Shown here: piece by piece, positions 18,994 to 29,208 of the stretch
Numbering within the stretch: position 1 is the first letter of the stretch
Layout of the letters: every line of letters begins with the position of its first letter
Source: Actinomycetota bacterium
Lineage (GTDB): Bacteria > Actinomycetota > Thermoleophilia > Solirubrobacterales > JACPNS01
Direction of reading: 5' to 3'
Length of the DNA: 64,000 nt
NCBI GenBank assembly: GCA_016213645.1
Contig: JACQZY010000013.1
Coordinates: 193,081 to 257,080 of the forward strand
Translations under genes and position numbers: made by a program
Notes under the pieces: model-generated
Told to the model about the DNA's origin: nothing
What the model saw: the letters and a program-made list of their open reading frames with translations, nothing else
Databases searched by the model: none

Positions 18994-20391
18994 TCAAGGA
19001 TTAATTCGGTGTCGTACCCGCGCCCGGCCGCCGCGCGACGGCACGAAGGTGACGCCACGAAAACGCCAGCCCTCGGGACGATCCGTCGTCGGCAGCAGCT
19101 CCACCTTGCGCAGCATCGTGCGCAGCACCACGTCCACCTCCATCTGCGCGAACGACGCGCCGATGCAGCGGCGGATGCCACCGCCGAACGGAATCCAAGT
19201 GAACGGCTCCGGCTTGGCGTCGAGGAAGCGCCCGGGGAGAAACCGCTCCGGTTCGGAGAAATGGCTCGGTTCATATTGCACAAGTCCCGGGTGCAGCGCG
19301 ATCCGCGTGCCGACCGGTAGCTCCCAGCCGTCGAGCACGTAGGGCTTGACCACGTAACGCACCGACATCGTCACCGTCGGCCGCGCGCGCAAGACCTCCC
19401 GGAACACCGCCTCGCGGTAGCTGTTTTCGTCACCGTCAAGCGCCTCCTGGGTGAGCTTGGCGAGCGCCGCCGGGTTGCGGCGCAGTCGTTCCACGCACCA
19501 CGCCAGTGTCGTGGCGGTTGTCTCGTGCCCGGCGATCATCAAGGTGTTGAGCTGGTCGTAGATCTCCTCGTCGCTGATCGCCGAGCCGTCCTCGTGAGTG
19601 GCCTGCACAAGCGCGGCCAGCACGTCAGTGCGCTCCGACAGCGCCGGATCCCGCCGCGCGGCGGCGATCAGGTTGTCGAGTTGCAGGCGCGCCTGATGGC
19701 GCAGGCGCAAAAACCGGCCCCACGGGCTGTAGGGACCCCAATCGCGCTGCGCGAACCTCAGTTGCACCATCGCCGCGCCGAGGTTCACGGCTCGCGGAAT
19801 CAGATCTTCCAGACGCGCAAGCTCCGGACCGGTCGCGCCAAAGATCGTGCGAAGAATCGCGCGCAGCGTGATCAACTGCATCGACGGAACCACGGCGAAC
19901 TCGCGGTCCTCGGGCCAGGATTCGACCACCTCCGCGGCGATGTTTTCGATCGTTTCCTCCCACGCGCGCATGCGCTCGCCGTGAAACGGCGGCAGCAAAA
20001 GCCGGCGCTGAGCAAGGTGAGCTTCCTCGTCGATTGACAGCAGCGAATGGCGGCCCAGCACCGCGGCCAGCGGCGAGCCTGTTCCGGCGTGCAGCACCTT
20101 TGGGTCCGCGGAGAAGACCTGCTTGATCAGTTCCGGCCGGGTGCACATCACAATGTCGCCGATGCCGATCATGCGGACGGTGAAGAGACTGCCGTAACGC
20201 GCGCGACTGCTGCGCATCCAACTTTGGTGGCGCCGCGACATGAACGTCAGCGACTGGTAAAGGCTCGGAGCGCGCGGGCCGGGCGGCACGCCGGGGCGCA
20301 ACGCACCAGGGCGCAACACGCCGGGTTCGGCGGTGATTTCCGGGACAGTCGATTCTGCCGCGGGTCGCGTGGATGTGCTTGCTGGTCTCAT
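18994..20391 (-). CDS. Cytochrome P450
   Basis: The heme-binding loop FGGGIRRCIGASFA, the I-helix MIAGHETTA and an N-terminal PPGP hinge are present. The start is set at ATG 20391; the longer ORF-track start at 20478 is less likely. Confidence 0.9.
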   Translation of the reverse strand: MRPASTSTRPAAESTVPEITAEPGVLRPGALRPGVPPGPRAPSLYQSLTFMSRRHQSWMRSSRARYGSLFTVRMIGIGDIVMCTRPELIKQVFSADPKVLHAGTGSPLAAVLGRHSLLSIDEEAHLAQRRLLLPPFHGERMRAWEETIENIAAEVVESWPEDREFAVVPSMQLITLRAILRTIFGATGPELARLEDLIPRAVNLGAAMVQLRFAQRDWGPYSPWGRFLRLRHQARLQLDNLIAAARRDPALSERTDVLAALVQATHEDGSAISDEEIYDQLNTLMIAGHETTATTLAWCVERLRRNPAALAKLTQEALDGDENSYREAVFREVLRARPTVTMSVRYVVKPYVLDGWELPVGTRIALHPGLVQYEPSHFSEPERFLPGRFLDAKPEPFTWIPFGGGIRRCIGASFAQMEVDVVLRTMLRKVELLPTTDRPEGWRFRGVTFVPSRGGRARVRHRINP

Positions 20392-20527
20392 GGCGCAGTA
20401 GAGACTGTTTTCGCAGCTTACCCGCTGATACAGCTGCATGTGCCGCGTCCGGCGTGAACGCTTCCGCCCCGTGCGCACGGCACGGGCTGATCGCGCCGTC
20501 CGCTTTTTTATCTACCGTGCCAGCAGG

Positions 20528-21583
20528 GTGAACGAGCAAGGTCAACTGATCGGCGACGAGACGGTGCCCGGTGGGGACACCGGTGGGGACACCGGTGGAA
20601 ACGCCGGTGGGCGCGTCGCGGTTCGCGACCTGGCCGCCGGACAGGTGGATTCCGTTTTCCGGCTGGACCAGTCCAGTCAGCACAACACAAAGGCCGGTAA
20701 GCCCTACCTGCGCCTGACCTTCGGTGACGCCACCGGCGCCGTGCCCGGCGTGATGTGGGACGACGTGACCGAGGTCGTAGACATCTGCAAGACCGGCGCG
20801 GTGCTCGCGGTGCAAGGCAGATACGAGGTGAGCGACCGCTACGGGCCGCAGTTGACGGTGCGCTCGATGCGTCCGGCCGAGGCCGGTGAATACGATGCGG
20901 CCGACCTGGAGGAAGTGCCGCTATTCGCCTACGACGAGTTGGAGAGCGGTTTCACGGAACTGGTCGCGAGCGTGCGACAGGCGCACTTGGCCGAGCTGCT
21001 GGCACGCCTGCTCGGGCCCGAAACCGCCACCGGCCGGGCGTTTATGCAGATGCCCGCGGCCAAGAAGAATCACCAGGCTTACGAACACGGCCTGCTCGAG
21101 CACACGCTCACGGTCGCCCAGGCCGTCAGTGCGGCGGCCGATGTCTTTCCCGGTTTGGACCGCGACCTCGCCGTCACCGGTGCGTTGCTGCACGACATCG
21201 GCAAGCTCGACGCCTACGCCCAGACCGAGGGCGGTATCGACATCACCGATGACGGCAAGCTGCAGTCCGAGATCCCGCTCGGCTACTACCGCATCAAGCG
21301 CGAAATCGAAGAGATCGACGGCTTTGATCCCACGCTTGCGCAGGCGTTGCTGCACATTCAGCTTTCGCATCACGGCAAGCTCGAACACGGCTCGCCGGTC
21401 GAACCGGCCACGCGCGAGGCCGTGCTGGTGAGCATGATGGACCACCTCGGCGGCACGCTGGGAACCTACGACCGTCTTGAAAAAGGCTTACCCGCGGGGA
21501 TCGAGTGGTCACCGTTCGATCGTGCGGTCGGCGACAAGGGCGGATCGGCGTTTTTCGGGCACTCCCCGGGCATTCGCCGCTAG
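20528..21583 (+). CDS. OB-fold plus HD-domain phosphohydrolase (YhaM-like 3'-5' exoribonuclease family)
   Basis: An OB-like segment (KAGKPYLRLTFGDATGAVPGVMWDD...VQGRYE) is followed by HD motifs (HQAYEHGLLEHT and GALLHDIGK). The start is uncertain: GTG 20528 was chosen, and the ORF track starts at 20438. Confidence 0.7.
   Translation: MNEQGQLIGDETVPGGDTGGDTGGNAGGRVAVRDLAAGQVDSVFRLDQSSQHNTKAGKPYLRLTFGDATGAVPGVMWDDVTEVVDICKTGAVLAVQGRYEVSDRYGPQLTVRSMRPAEAGEYDAADLEEVPLFAYDELESGFTELVASVRQAHLAELLARLLGPETATGRAFMQMPAAKKNHQAYEHGLLEHTLTVAQAVSAAADVFPGLDRDLAVTGALLHDIGKLDAYAQTEGGIDITDDGKLQSEIPLGYYRIKREIEEIDGFDPTLAQALLHIQLSHHGKLEHGSPVEPATREAVLVSMMDHLGGTLGTYDRLEKGLPAGIEWSPFDRAVGDKGGSAFFGHSPGIRR
20569..20616 (+). 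repeat. 12-bp in-frame tandem repeat (CGGTGGGGACAC x2 plus two degenerate units)
   Basis: Units lie at 20569-20580, 20581-20592, 20593-20604 and 20605-20616. They encode GGDT-GGDT-GGNA-GGRV in the N-terminal region of the HD/OB protein. Confidence 0.8.
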
Positions 21584-21680
21584 CAAGAACGGTTTTCGGC
21601 ACTTCACCGCTCGGTATTCGCCTAAAAGGTGTAAAATCCGATCGTATTTACAGGCTTTATGCACCCCCTGGGAGGATGCG

Positions 21681-22937
<1,257 letters not shown>

Positions 22938-23076
22938 CCGCAGTCCGTCAGGTCGCCCGAAACCGGGCGGCCTGACCCCGTCGGTCGTTTCAAAACCTGC
23001 AATTTGCGAAGACCGCAAGGCGCATCGTGGATTCTCGGCCCAGACTAGGTCCGCGCTCACGTATCCTGCCCGGAGA

Positions 23077-25248
23077 GTGGCCAAGGATACGGAAAAACTC
23101 ATTCGTCAGCTTTCGCTGATCTCGTTCTTGATGGCAAAACGGAGGCCGGTAACGGCGCTGGAAATCAAGCGCGACGTCGAGGGATACAGCGAGATGAACG
23201 ACGACGCCTTCGCGCGCCGCTTCTACGCCGACCGCGCCGAGTTGGAGGCGCTGGGCATCGAACTTCGCGTAGACCGCGCCACCGACGGCTTTTACGAAGC
23301 TGAGAATTACTCGCTGCCACCAGAGAACTTCTACCTCCCAAGCGTGCAGTTCACAGATCACGAGCTGGCTTCGCTGACGACCGCGCTGAAGATGCTTGAC
23401 GGGCAGTTCGCCTATGCCGAGCCGCTACGTCTTGCGTTGCAGCAGCTCACCTGGGGCCGTCCCAGCCCGCTTAGCTCCCCGGACGAGCAGTCGATCCACG
23501 TCGCCGTCGGTCCCGATGTGGAGGGCCGTGAGCTTTCGCAACGCCTCAGCAAGATCGAGAACGCCGTCTTCCGGCGCAAGACGATCATCTTCGACTACTA
23601 CACGATCGGCCGCGACGCGATCGAGAAGCGCAAAGTCGATCCCTACCACCTGCTCTTCCGCGGCGGCCAGTTCTACATGATCGGACACGCCCACGAGCGC
23701 GGCGACCAGCGCATGTTCAAACTTTCACGAATTCGCGGCAAGATCAGCTACGCCAGCAAAGCCGAGCACGACTTCCCGCCGCCCGAAGACTTCGATCCGC
23801 GCGAGTACGCGACGAAGGCCGAGTGGCAATTCGGTCAGCAGTTCGAAAGCGCCTCGATCTGGATCAGCGAGCGGATCGCCTGGCTGGTAGAGCGGCACTT
23901 CGCGCGGGCCGGCAAAATCCGCAAGCCCAAGCGCGGTGAAGTCGTTCCGGGCAAGGGCGTGATCTTCGAGACGCAGTTCTCGGACACCACGCCTCTTTTG
24001 GCATGGGTGCTTGGTCTCGGCCCCCGCGCACGCATCATCGAGCCGGCCGGGCTGGCCGCGTCGGCAACCAAACGCATCTCGCTGATCGCTCGCAGGCACA
24101 GCGGCGAGTTTGAGATCGCGCCCAAAGTCACGCGCAGGCGATCGGCCTCGTCCAGCGGCGGGGGCAGCGAGTCCGAGGCCTCGATCCGGCCGGAACGCTT
24201 CGCCCGTCTGATTACGCTGGCCGGCATCCTGATCGGCGCCACGCGCGGAGGTGACTCGATCCCCACTCAACGACTGCTCACCGACCTCAACATCACGCTT
24301 GAGGAGTTGACCGAAGACATAGACGTGCTCAACGTCGTCAACTTCGGCGGTGGCAGCTATGTCCTTTTCGCGCAGATCGAGGACGACGTGGTGACCGTGG
24401 ACAGCGAGCCTTACAGCGACAACTTCGCGCGCCCGGCGCGTCTGTTGCCGCTTGAGGCGAAGGCGCTGATCGCCGCGATCGACTTGCTGGGCGAGTACTT
24501 CCCCGACGATTCGCTGATCTCGGCGCGTGCGAAAGTCGTGGTGGCGCTTGGCGAGGACCCCGCCACCGGCGGTCTACAGATCGCGGCGGCGAAGGCCGAC
24601 GACTCCGAGATCGCGGGGCAATTGAGCAACGCGATCGCATCCTCAAAGCTGGTCGAGATCGAGCACTACAAAGAAGACCAGGACACTTTCACAGAACGCG
24701 TGATCGAGCCGTACTCGCTGATGAACGGGCGCGAGGGCTGGTACGTGCACACATGGGACCGCTCGCGCGAGGCTCCGCGCGACTTCCGCCTCGACCGCAT
24801 CAAGCAGGTACGCATCCTCGACGAATCGTTCGAGCCGCGCGAGGGCATGAAGCCCGATCTCGACGGCTGGGCCAAGACCGGTGTGGTCAGCAGCAGCACA
24901 GTTGCGCGTATCTGGATTGAGCCCGATGCAGCCCGGCGCGTACGCGAGGAGCACGACCCGGTGCTGGAGCTAAAGGACGGCGCGATTTTGATTGACCTGC
25001 CCTACGGCGGAGTGAACTGGCTGGTTACTGAGATCTTCAAGCACGCGGGCGACGCCGTGGTTCTGGAACCGGCCGAGGCACGCGCCGCGGTCCGCGACGC
25101 CGCGAAGGCGCTGAAGGCGGAAATCGCCGACGGCACCGCGTCGGCCGGGCGCGGCGGCAAGCCGGGCGCGGCCGGTGGCAAAAGCATCGCAAACGGCAAC
25201 GTCAGCAAGCCCGCCGCGCGCAAGCGCGAAACCGTCGCCGCGAGCTGA
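23077..25248 (+). CDS. Fused PafB-PafC-type transcriptional regulator (two HTH-WYL-WCX units in one polypeptide)
   Basis: The N-terminal wHTH is LIRQLSLISFLMAKRRPVTALEI. The first WYL-type segment is IIFDYYT...VDPYHLLFRGGQFYMIGH...FKLSRI. A second unit has RLITLAGIL... and VEIEHYKED...IEPYSLMNGREGWYVHTWD...FRLDRI. The start is uncertain; GTG 23077 was chosen. Confidence 0.8.
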   Translation: MAKDTEKLIRQLSLISFLMAKRRPVTALEIKRDVEGYSEMNDDAFARRFYADRAELEALGIELRVDRATDGFYEAENYSLPPENFYLPSVQFTDHELASLTTALKMLDGQFAYAEPLRLALQQLTWGRPSPLSSPDEQSIHVAVGPDVEGRELSQRLSKIENAVFRRKTIIFDYYTIGRDAIEKRKVDPYHLLFRGGQFYMIGHAHERGDQRMFKLSRIRGKISYASKAEHDFPPPEDFDPREYATKAEWQFGQQFESASIWISERIAWLVERHFARAGKIRKPKRGEVVPGKGVIFETQFSDTTPLLAWVLGLGPRARIIEPAGLAASATKRISLIARRHSGEFEIAPKVTRRRSASSSGGGSESEASIRPERFARLITLAGILIGATRGGDSIPTQRLLTDLNITLEELTEDIDVLNVVNFGGGSYVLFAQIEDDVVTVDSEPYSDNFARPARLLPLEAKALIAAIDLLGEYFPDDSLISARAKVVVALGEDPATGGLQIAAAKADDSEIAGQLSNAIASSKLVEIEHYKEDQDTFTERVIEPYSLMNGREGWYVHTWDRSREAPRDFRLDRIKQVRILDESFEPREGMKPDLDGWAKTGVVSSSTVARIWIEPDAARRVREEHDPVLELKDGAILIDLPYGGVNWLVTEIFKHAGDAVVLEPAEARAAVRDAAKALKAEIADGTASAGRGGKPGAAGGKSIANGNVSKPAARKRETVAAS

Positions 25249-25315
25249 GGCCGGGGCCGGCAACTCGGTTCGGCGCAAGACAGCGCGTCGATCGACGAAT
25301 TAGGCTTGTCCTACG

Positions 25316-25783
25316 ATGGCTGGACGACGCGATCAGATCACGCTTTCCCGGGAAGAAACCGCTGCCTACATTGCCGACGCCGAAACAGTCGTCGTCGGCA
25401 CCAACGGCCCGCGTGGCCTGCCCCACCTGATGCCACTGTGGTTCGTGACCCGCGGCGACGAGATCTGGGGATGGACGTTCGCCAAATCGCAAAAAGCGAA
25501 GAATCTCGAACGCGACCCCCACGCCACCCTTTTGTTCGAAGACGGCGTGACCTACGACAAACTGCGCGGTGTGATGATCGAATGCGAGGTGGAGCTGATT
25601 CAAAACGCCGCCGAGATACGGCAGATCGGCGTGGAACTATTCACGAAGTACGGCGACGGCAACCCGCCCGCCGACCCCGTCCTTCAGATGATCGACGCAC
25701 AAACGCCCAAACGCGTCGGCCTGCGCTTCAAGCCCGGTCGCTTCGTGAGTTGGGACCACCGCAAGCTCGACGGGGTGTACTAA
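25316..25783 (+). CDS. Pyridoxamine 5'-phosphate oxidase-fold (PPOX-class, possibly F420/FMN-binding) protein
   Basis: VVVGTNGPRGLPHLMPLWFV...KAKNLERDPHATLLFEDG is typical of the split-barrel PPOX/Rv1155-like family. Confidence 0.75.
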   Translation: MAGRRDQITLSREETAAYIADAETVVVGTNGPRGLPHLMPLWFVTRGDEIWGWTFAKSQKAKNLERDPHATLLFEDGVTYDKLRGVMIECEVELIQNAAEIRQIGVELFTKYGDGNPPADPVLQMIDAQTPKRVGLRFKPGRFVSWDHRKLDGVY

Positions 25784-25810
25784 CGCCGTTCGCGGAAAGC
25801 GAGAACGGCG
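25784..25810. terminator. Hairpin between convergent genes (possible bidirectional terminator)
   Basis: CGCCGTTC (25784-25791) pairs with GAACGGCG (25803-25810) around an 11-nt loop. It lies between the PPOX stop and the ABC1 kinase stop. There is no clear U-tract. Confidence 0.3.
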
Positions 25811-25839
25811 ACCAGGCATCGCCCTCCCGCCGCTCGCCC

Positions 25840-27255
25840 CTACAACTTCGCCAAAGGCCGACGCGAGTGGCCGCGTTCTTCGAAGAAATGCCACTCGTCT
25901 TTGCCCAACGGAGTGGAAGGCTTCTCGGCGAACATCCACTCGCGGCAGATGCGGGTCCAGTTGGCATTGGCGTGGAGCTTGCCGAGAACGGCGAGAACGC
26001 CGGTCTCCATGCGACGGCCCAGGAGTTCGTCGGCCGGCAGGTTGGCTGTGCGCGTAAGTTCGAACGCCTTGCCTCGCGGGTCGGCCAGCTCGGACAGCGA
26101 GCGCGTCACCAGCTCCGGCGTGATGCGAGTCTTGCGCCCATTGAGGTACCAGCCGCTCGTGAGATTGACGTGATCGCGCAGCAGGTCCATGTTGAAGCTC
26201 TTGTAGTCGCGGATGAAGCCCATTTCTTCCATTGCGATGCCGAAAGCGTCGGAATCATCCTCCAGCACCGCCCTCGCGGCCGCGACCTGGAGCCTGATCT
26301 GGTCGTCTGTCAGGCGTTTTGTCATCCCGAAGTCCAGGAACGCCACGCGGCCGTCGTCCATCGCCAGGTAATTGCCGGGGTGGGTATCTGCGTTCAGCTG
26401 ATGCAGGTGGTAGATCGAGCCGAACGCAAATCGATAGACGATCTCGCCGAAGCGGTCGCGCTCGGCTTGCGGCCGCTCAAGCACGGTGTCGAAGTCCACT
26501 CCCTCCACCCACTCGCTCACGAGCACGCGCTCGCGCGAAAGGCTCGTCTCCACCTCGGGAACGCAGATGAAGGGATGGCCGCGATAGGCCCGGGCGAAGC
26601 GACGCTGATTCTGCGCCTCGAGTTCGTAGTCCAGTTCCTCCAGCACTCGCGCTTTCAATTCAGCGGCGGCCGCCTTCGCGTCCAGTCCGGGCGCGATCAG
26701 CTTGCCGAGGCGTAGAAACAGCGCGGCGTTCTGCATGTCCGCGCGCAGCGCATCCGCGACATCCGGGTATTGGATCTTCACGGCCACTTCGCGGCCGTCT
26801 TTCAAAGTCGCCCGATGTACTTGACCGATTGATGCCGCGGCCACCGCCTCTTCGTCGAACTCAGAGAAGATTCGGCCGATCGGCCGGTCCCACTGGTCGT
26901 TCAGAACTGTCTTGACTTTCTTCCACGGCATCGGCGGCGCGCTCGCGCGCAGCGTGCCCAGCTGCTTCTGGTAGATCTCGCGGTACTCGTCTGGCAAGAG
27001 GTCGACGTCGATGAACGACGCAAGCTGCGCGATCTTGATCGCCGCGCCGCGCAGGCTGCCGAGCGCCTTGACCATGTTCTCGGCCGATTCGTAGTGACGG
27101 CGCTCCATCGCCTGCTTGCCGCCTTCACGGCTGCGCAGCACGTTGGTACCCGCGGTGCCGGCCAGTTTCAGACCGCCGCCGCCAAGCGCTTTGCCGATTC
27201 TGCCGGCGCGTCCCAGTCGCGACTGCGGGACGGCACTCTCATCCTTGGGAGCCAC
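25840..27255 (-). CDS. ABC1/UbiB/AarF-family atypical kinase
   Basis: AAIKIAQLASF, AAASIGQVHRA, VAVKIQYP and the HPGNYL...LDFGM catalytic region are ABC1-family signatures. Confidence 0.9.
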   Translation of the reverse strand: MAPKDESAVPQSRLGRAGRIGKALGGGGLKLAGTAGTNVLRSREGGKQAMERRHYESAENMVKALGSLRGAAIKIAQLASFIDVDLLPDEYREIYQKQLGTLRASAPPMPWKKVKTVLNDQWDRPIGRIFSEFDEEAVAAASIGQVHRATLKDGREVAVKIQYPDVADALRADMQNAALFLRLGKLIAPGLDAKAAAAELKARVLEELDYELEAQNQRRFARAYRGHPFICVPEVETSLSRERVLVSEWVEGVDFDTVLERPQAERDRFGEIVYRFAFGSIYHLHQLNADTHPGNYLAMDDGRVAFLDFGMTKRLTDDQIRLQVAAARAVLEDDSDAFGIAMEEMGFIRDYKSFNMDLLRDHVNLTSGWYLNGRKTRITPELVTRSLSELADPRGKAFELTRTANLPADELLGRRMETGVLAVLGKLHANANWTRICREWMFAEKPSTPLGKDEWHFFEERGHSRRPLAKL

Positions 27256-27377
27256 GATGTAAGCCTACGCCCTCCGGAGGACTTTGTCATCAATCAATGT
27301 CAAATAAAGCACTGATCCCTTATCGGCAGCGACCACGGAGCAGACAACCGATTCGCCGCCGCTACCATGACACGCCT

Positions 27378-28040
27378 ATGTCAAGTGATGACAGAGCCAC
27401 AATCGAGGTTGCACTACGCGAGGAGCGCGGTTCGCGCGAGTCTCGCCGTATGCGGCGCCAGGGACGTCTGCCGGGCATCCTCTACGGTCGCGGTCGCGAC
27501 CCGCAGGCGTTCAGCGTGAATGAGCGCGAACTGCGCGCCGCGCTGAAGGCGGGCCACGCGCTGCTCGACGTCAAACTGGGTTCCGACACCGTGCCGGTGA
27601 TCATCAAGGACCAGCAGCACCACCCAGTTCGCGGCGGATTCACGCACATCGACTTTTTGGAAGTGGACCTGAGCATGAAGATCCAGTCCACCGTCCCCGT
27701 GGAGCTTTCCGGCGTGGACGACGCGCCGGGAGTGATTCAGGGCGGTGTGCTCGACCACGTCACGCGCGAACTCAACATCGAGGCGCTTCCCACCGACATT
27801 CCGGACTCCGTAACGATCGACGTCTCCTCACTTGAACTGAATGGCACGTTCGTGCTTTCCGAGGCCACGATCCCGTCAAACCTGACGGTGCTCGACGACG
27901 CCGCGGAGACAGTGATCGCCACGATCACGCCGCCGACCAAGGTCGAGGCGGCCACCGAGGTTGAAGAAGAGACCGAGGTCGTCGGCGAGGCCGAGGCCGC
28001 ACCGGCCGAAGCAGCTTCCGAGGGCGAGGGCGGCGAGTAG
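27378..28040 (+). CDS. rplY: 50S ribosomal protein L25 / general stress protein Ctc
   Basis: RRMRRQGRLPGILYGRG and the HHPVRGGFTHIDF block are present, followed by an acidic C-terminal tail. ATG 27378 was chosen within the longer ORF. Confidence 0.9.
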   Translation: MSSDDRATIEVALREERGSRESRRMRRQGRLPGILYGRGRDPQAFSVNERELRAALKAGHALLDVKLGSDTVPVIIKDQQHHPVRGGFTHIDFLEVDLSMKIQSTVPVELSGVDDAPGVIQGGVLDHVTRELNIEALPTDIPDSVTIDVSSLELNGTFVLSEATIPSNLTVLDDAAETVIATITPPTKVEAATEVEEETEVVGEAEAAPAEAASEGEGGE

Positions 28041-28197
28041 CCGCTTCGCCGCCGTTGGCGTGCATTCGCACCGCCCGACGATCAGGTTTGTTTTCGCCTG
28101 CTGCCTGACGGCCGTCACGTGCACGATCTTTGGCCGTGGGCGCGGGGGCGGTGGAGCCAGACGTAAGCGAGCCGGAAGCGGCGGCGGTAATGAACCT

Positions 28198-28752
28198 GTG
28201 GACTGGCTGGTCGTGGGACTGGGCAATCCGGGCTCGAAATACGCCGGAACCCGGCACAACGTCGGCTACATGGTGGCCGAACGCCTGATTGAGCGGTACG
28301 AGCTGGGCAAGCCTAAGGCCAAATACCGTGGACGGATCAGCAGCGGTCGGCTGGGACCCGGTGGCGCGCGAGTAGCCGTTTTGATGCCAGACACATTCAT
28401 GAACGACAGCGGCAAGTCCGCCGGGCCCGCGCGAGGCGAACTGCGGGTTGAACCACCGAACATCATCGTGATCCACGATGAGATCGACTTTCCCTTCGGC
28501 CGCGTGGAGACCCGTCTGGGCGGCGGCACGGCCGGTCACAACGGCCTCAAGTCGCTGAAGGCCGGTCTTGGCACAACGGACTTTCAGCGTGTACGCGTGG
28601 GCGTGGGACGACCCGACAGCACCGATCCTGAGGTCGTCAGCGCATGGGTGCTGGGACGCTTCAAGGAACCGAAGAACGATGTAGAAGCACTTATCGATCA
28701 GGCGCTAGAAGCAACAGTGAGCCTGATCGAAAGCGACGACGCGTCGAGCTAG
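28198..28752 (+). CDS. pth: Peptidyl-tRNA hydrolase
   Basis: LVVGLGNPGSKYAGTRHNVGY, MPDTFMNDSG and VIHDEIDFPFG are present. GTG 28198 was chosen. The ORF-track N-terminal extension from 27961 overlaps rplY and does not look like Pth. Confidence 0.9.
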   Translation: MDWLVVGLGNPGSKYAGTRHNVGYMVAERLIERYELGKPKAKYRGRISSGRLGPGGARVAVLMPDTFMNDSGKSAGPARGELRVEPPNIIVIHDEIDFPFGRVETRLGGGTAGHNGLKSLKAGLGTTDFQRVRVGVGRPDSTDPEVVSAWVLGRFKEPKNDVEALIDQALEATVSLIESDDASS

Positions 28753-29102
28753 AACAGCGGCCGCGTAAGTTCGGAATAACGTGGCGTCGTGCCGCGAGTG
28801 ATGCCTCGCCGGTCGGTCGCCGGTCGACGATGACCCACTGCCCCGCCGTACGGCGGTTTTTCGGTCGGCGCAAGCTTTATGCGCCGTCGGGCGGCCTCGG
28901 CGCGAACGGCGCCTTCAGATCGTTGTAGCTTGCGCGCAATGCGATCGACGGCGACCTTCTGTTCGGCCATCACCGCCAGCCGCGCGACATCGGCCCCGGA
29001 CCAGACACGTCCGGACCGGCGAGCCGTCTGCCGAGACGCGGGCCTTACGCCCCGGCCGGTCGAGTCGTAACTGCTGGACAATGCTGCATTCGTTCGTTTC
29101 AT
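28749..29102 (-). CDS. Small basic hypothetical protein with a Myb/SANT-like helix segment
   Basis: This is the only sizeable ORF in the 456-bp pth-mfd gap. Its product contains WSGADVARLAVMAEQKVAVDRIARKLQRSEGAVRAEAARRRIKL. Start is ATG 29102 or GTG 29123. Coding status is unproven. Confidence 0.35.
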   Translation of the reverse strand: MKRTNAALSSSYDSTGRGVRPASRQTARRSGRVWSGADVARLAVMAEQKVAVDRIARKLQRSEGAVRAEAARRRIKLAPTEKPPYGGAVGHRRPATDRRGITRGTTPRYSELTRPLF

Positions 29103-29130
29103 GATTCCGAAATTACACCGCACGGCCGAC

Positions 29131-29144
29131 GGAACATACGTTCG
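29131..29144. promoter_or_regulatory. Candidate LexA (SOS / Cheo-type) box GGAACATACGTTCG
   Basis: A palindromic GAAC-N4-GTTC core lies at 29132-29143, in the divergent intergenic region between the small ORF (start 29102/29123) and mfd (29209). It matches the Gram-positive/actinobacterial consensus CGAAC-N4-GTTCG at 13 of 14 positions. Confidence 0.35.
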
Positions 29145-29208
29145 TAATTGATCATCCGCCAGTCCGCGGGTCCTCGCCGATGCCGCTGGCCGCCTAGGCT
29201 CTAACGCC

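Noticed and set aside
21584-21680. An AT-richer stretch with GGTGTAAAATC and TATTTACAGGCTTTATGC upstream of the SQR-like gene, considered as an extended -10 promoter or regulatory element.
   Set aside because: The spacing does not fit TGnTATAAT cleanly. No repeat or palindrome stands out. This is plausibly just a promoter region, and I cannot support a specific call.
27961-28197. The N-terminal extension of the pth ORF, and the analogous upstream extensions of the ORF-track entries for eno (33974), rplY (27297), the SQR-like gene (21477), the GNAT (15910), the CDF (17987), the nuclease (38141) and the GT4 (60035).
   Set aside because: The extensions overlap upstream genes or the tRNA and lack family-conserved sequence. 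In each case an internal ATG or GTG aligns with the canonical N-terminus of the family, and several have a Shine-Dalgarno sequence.
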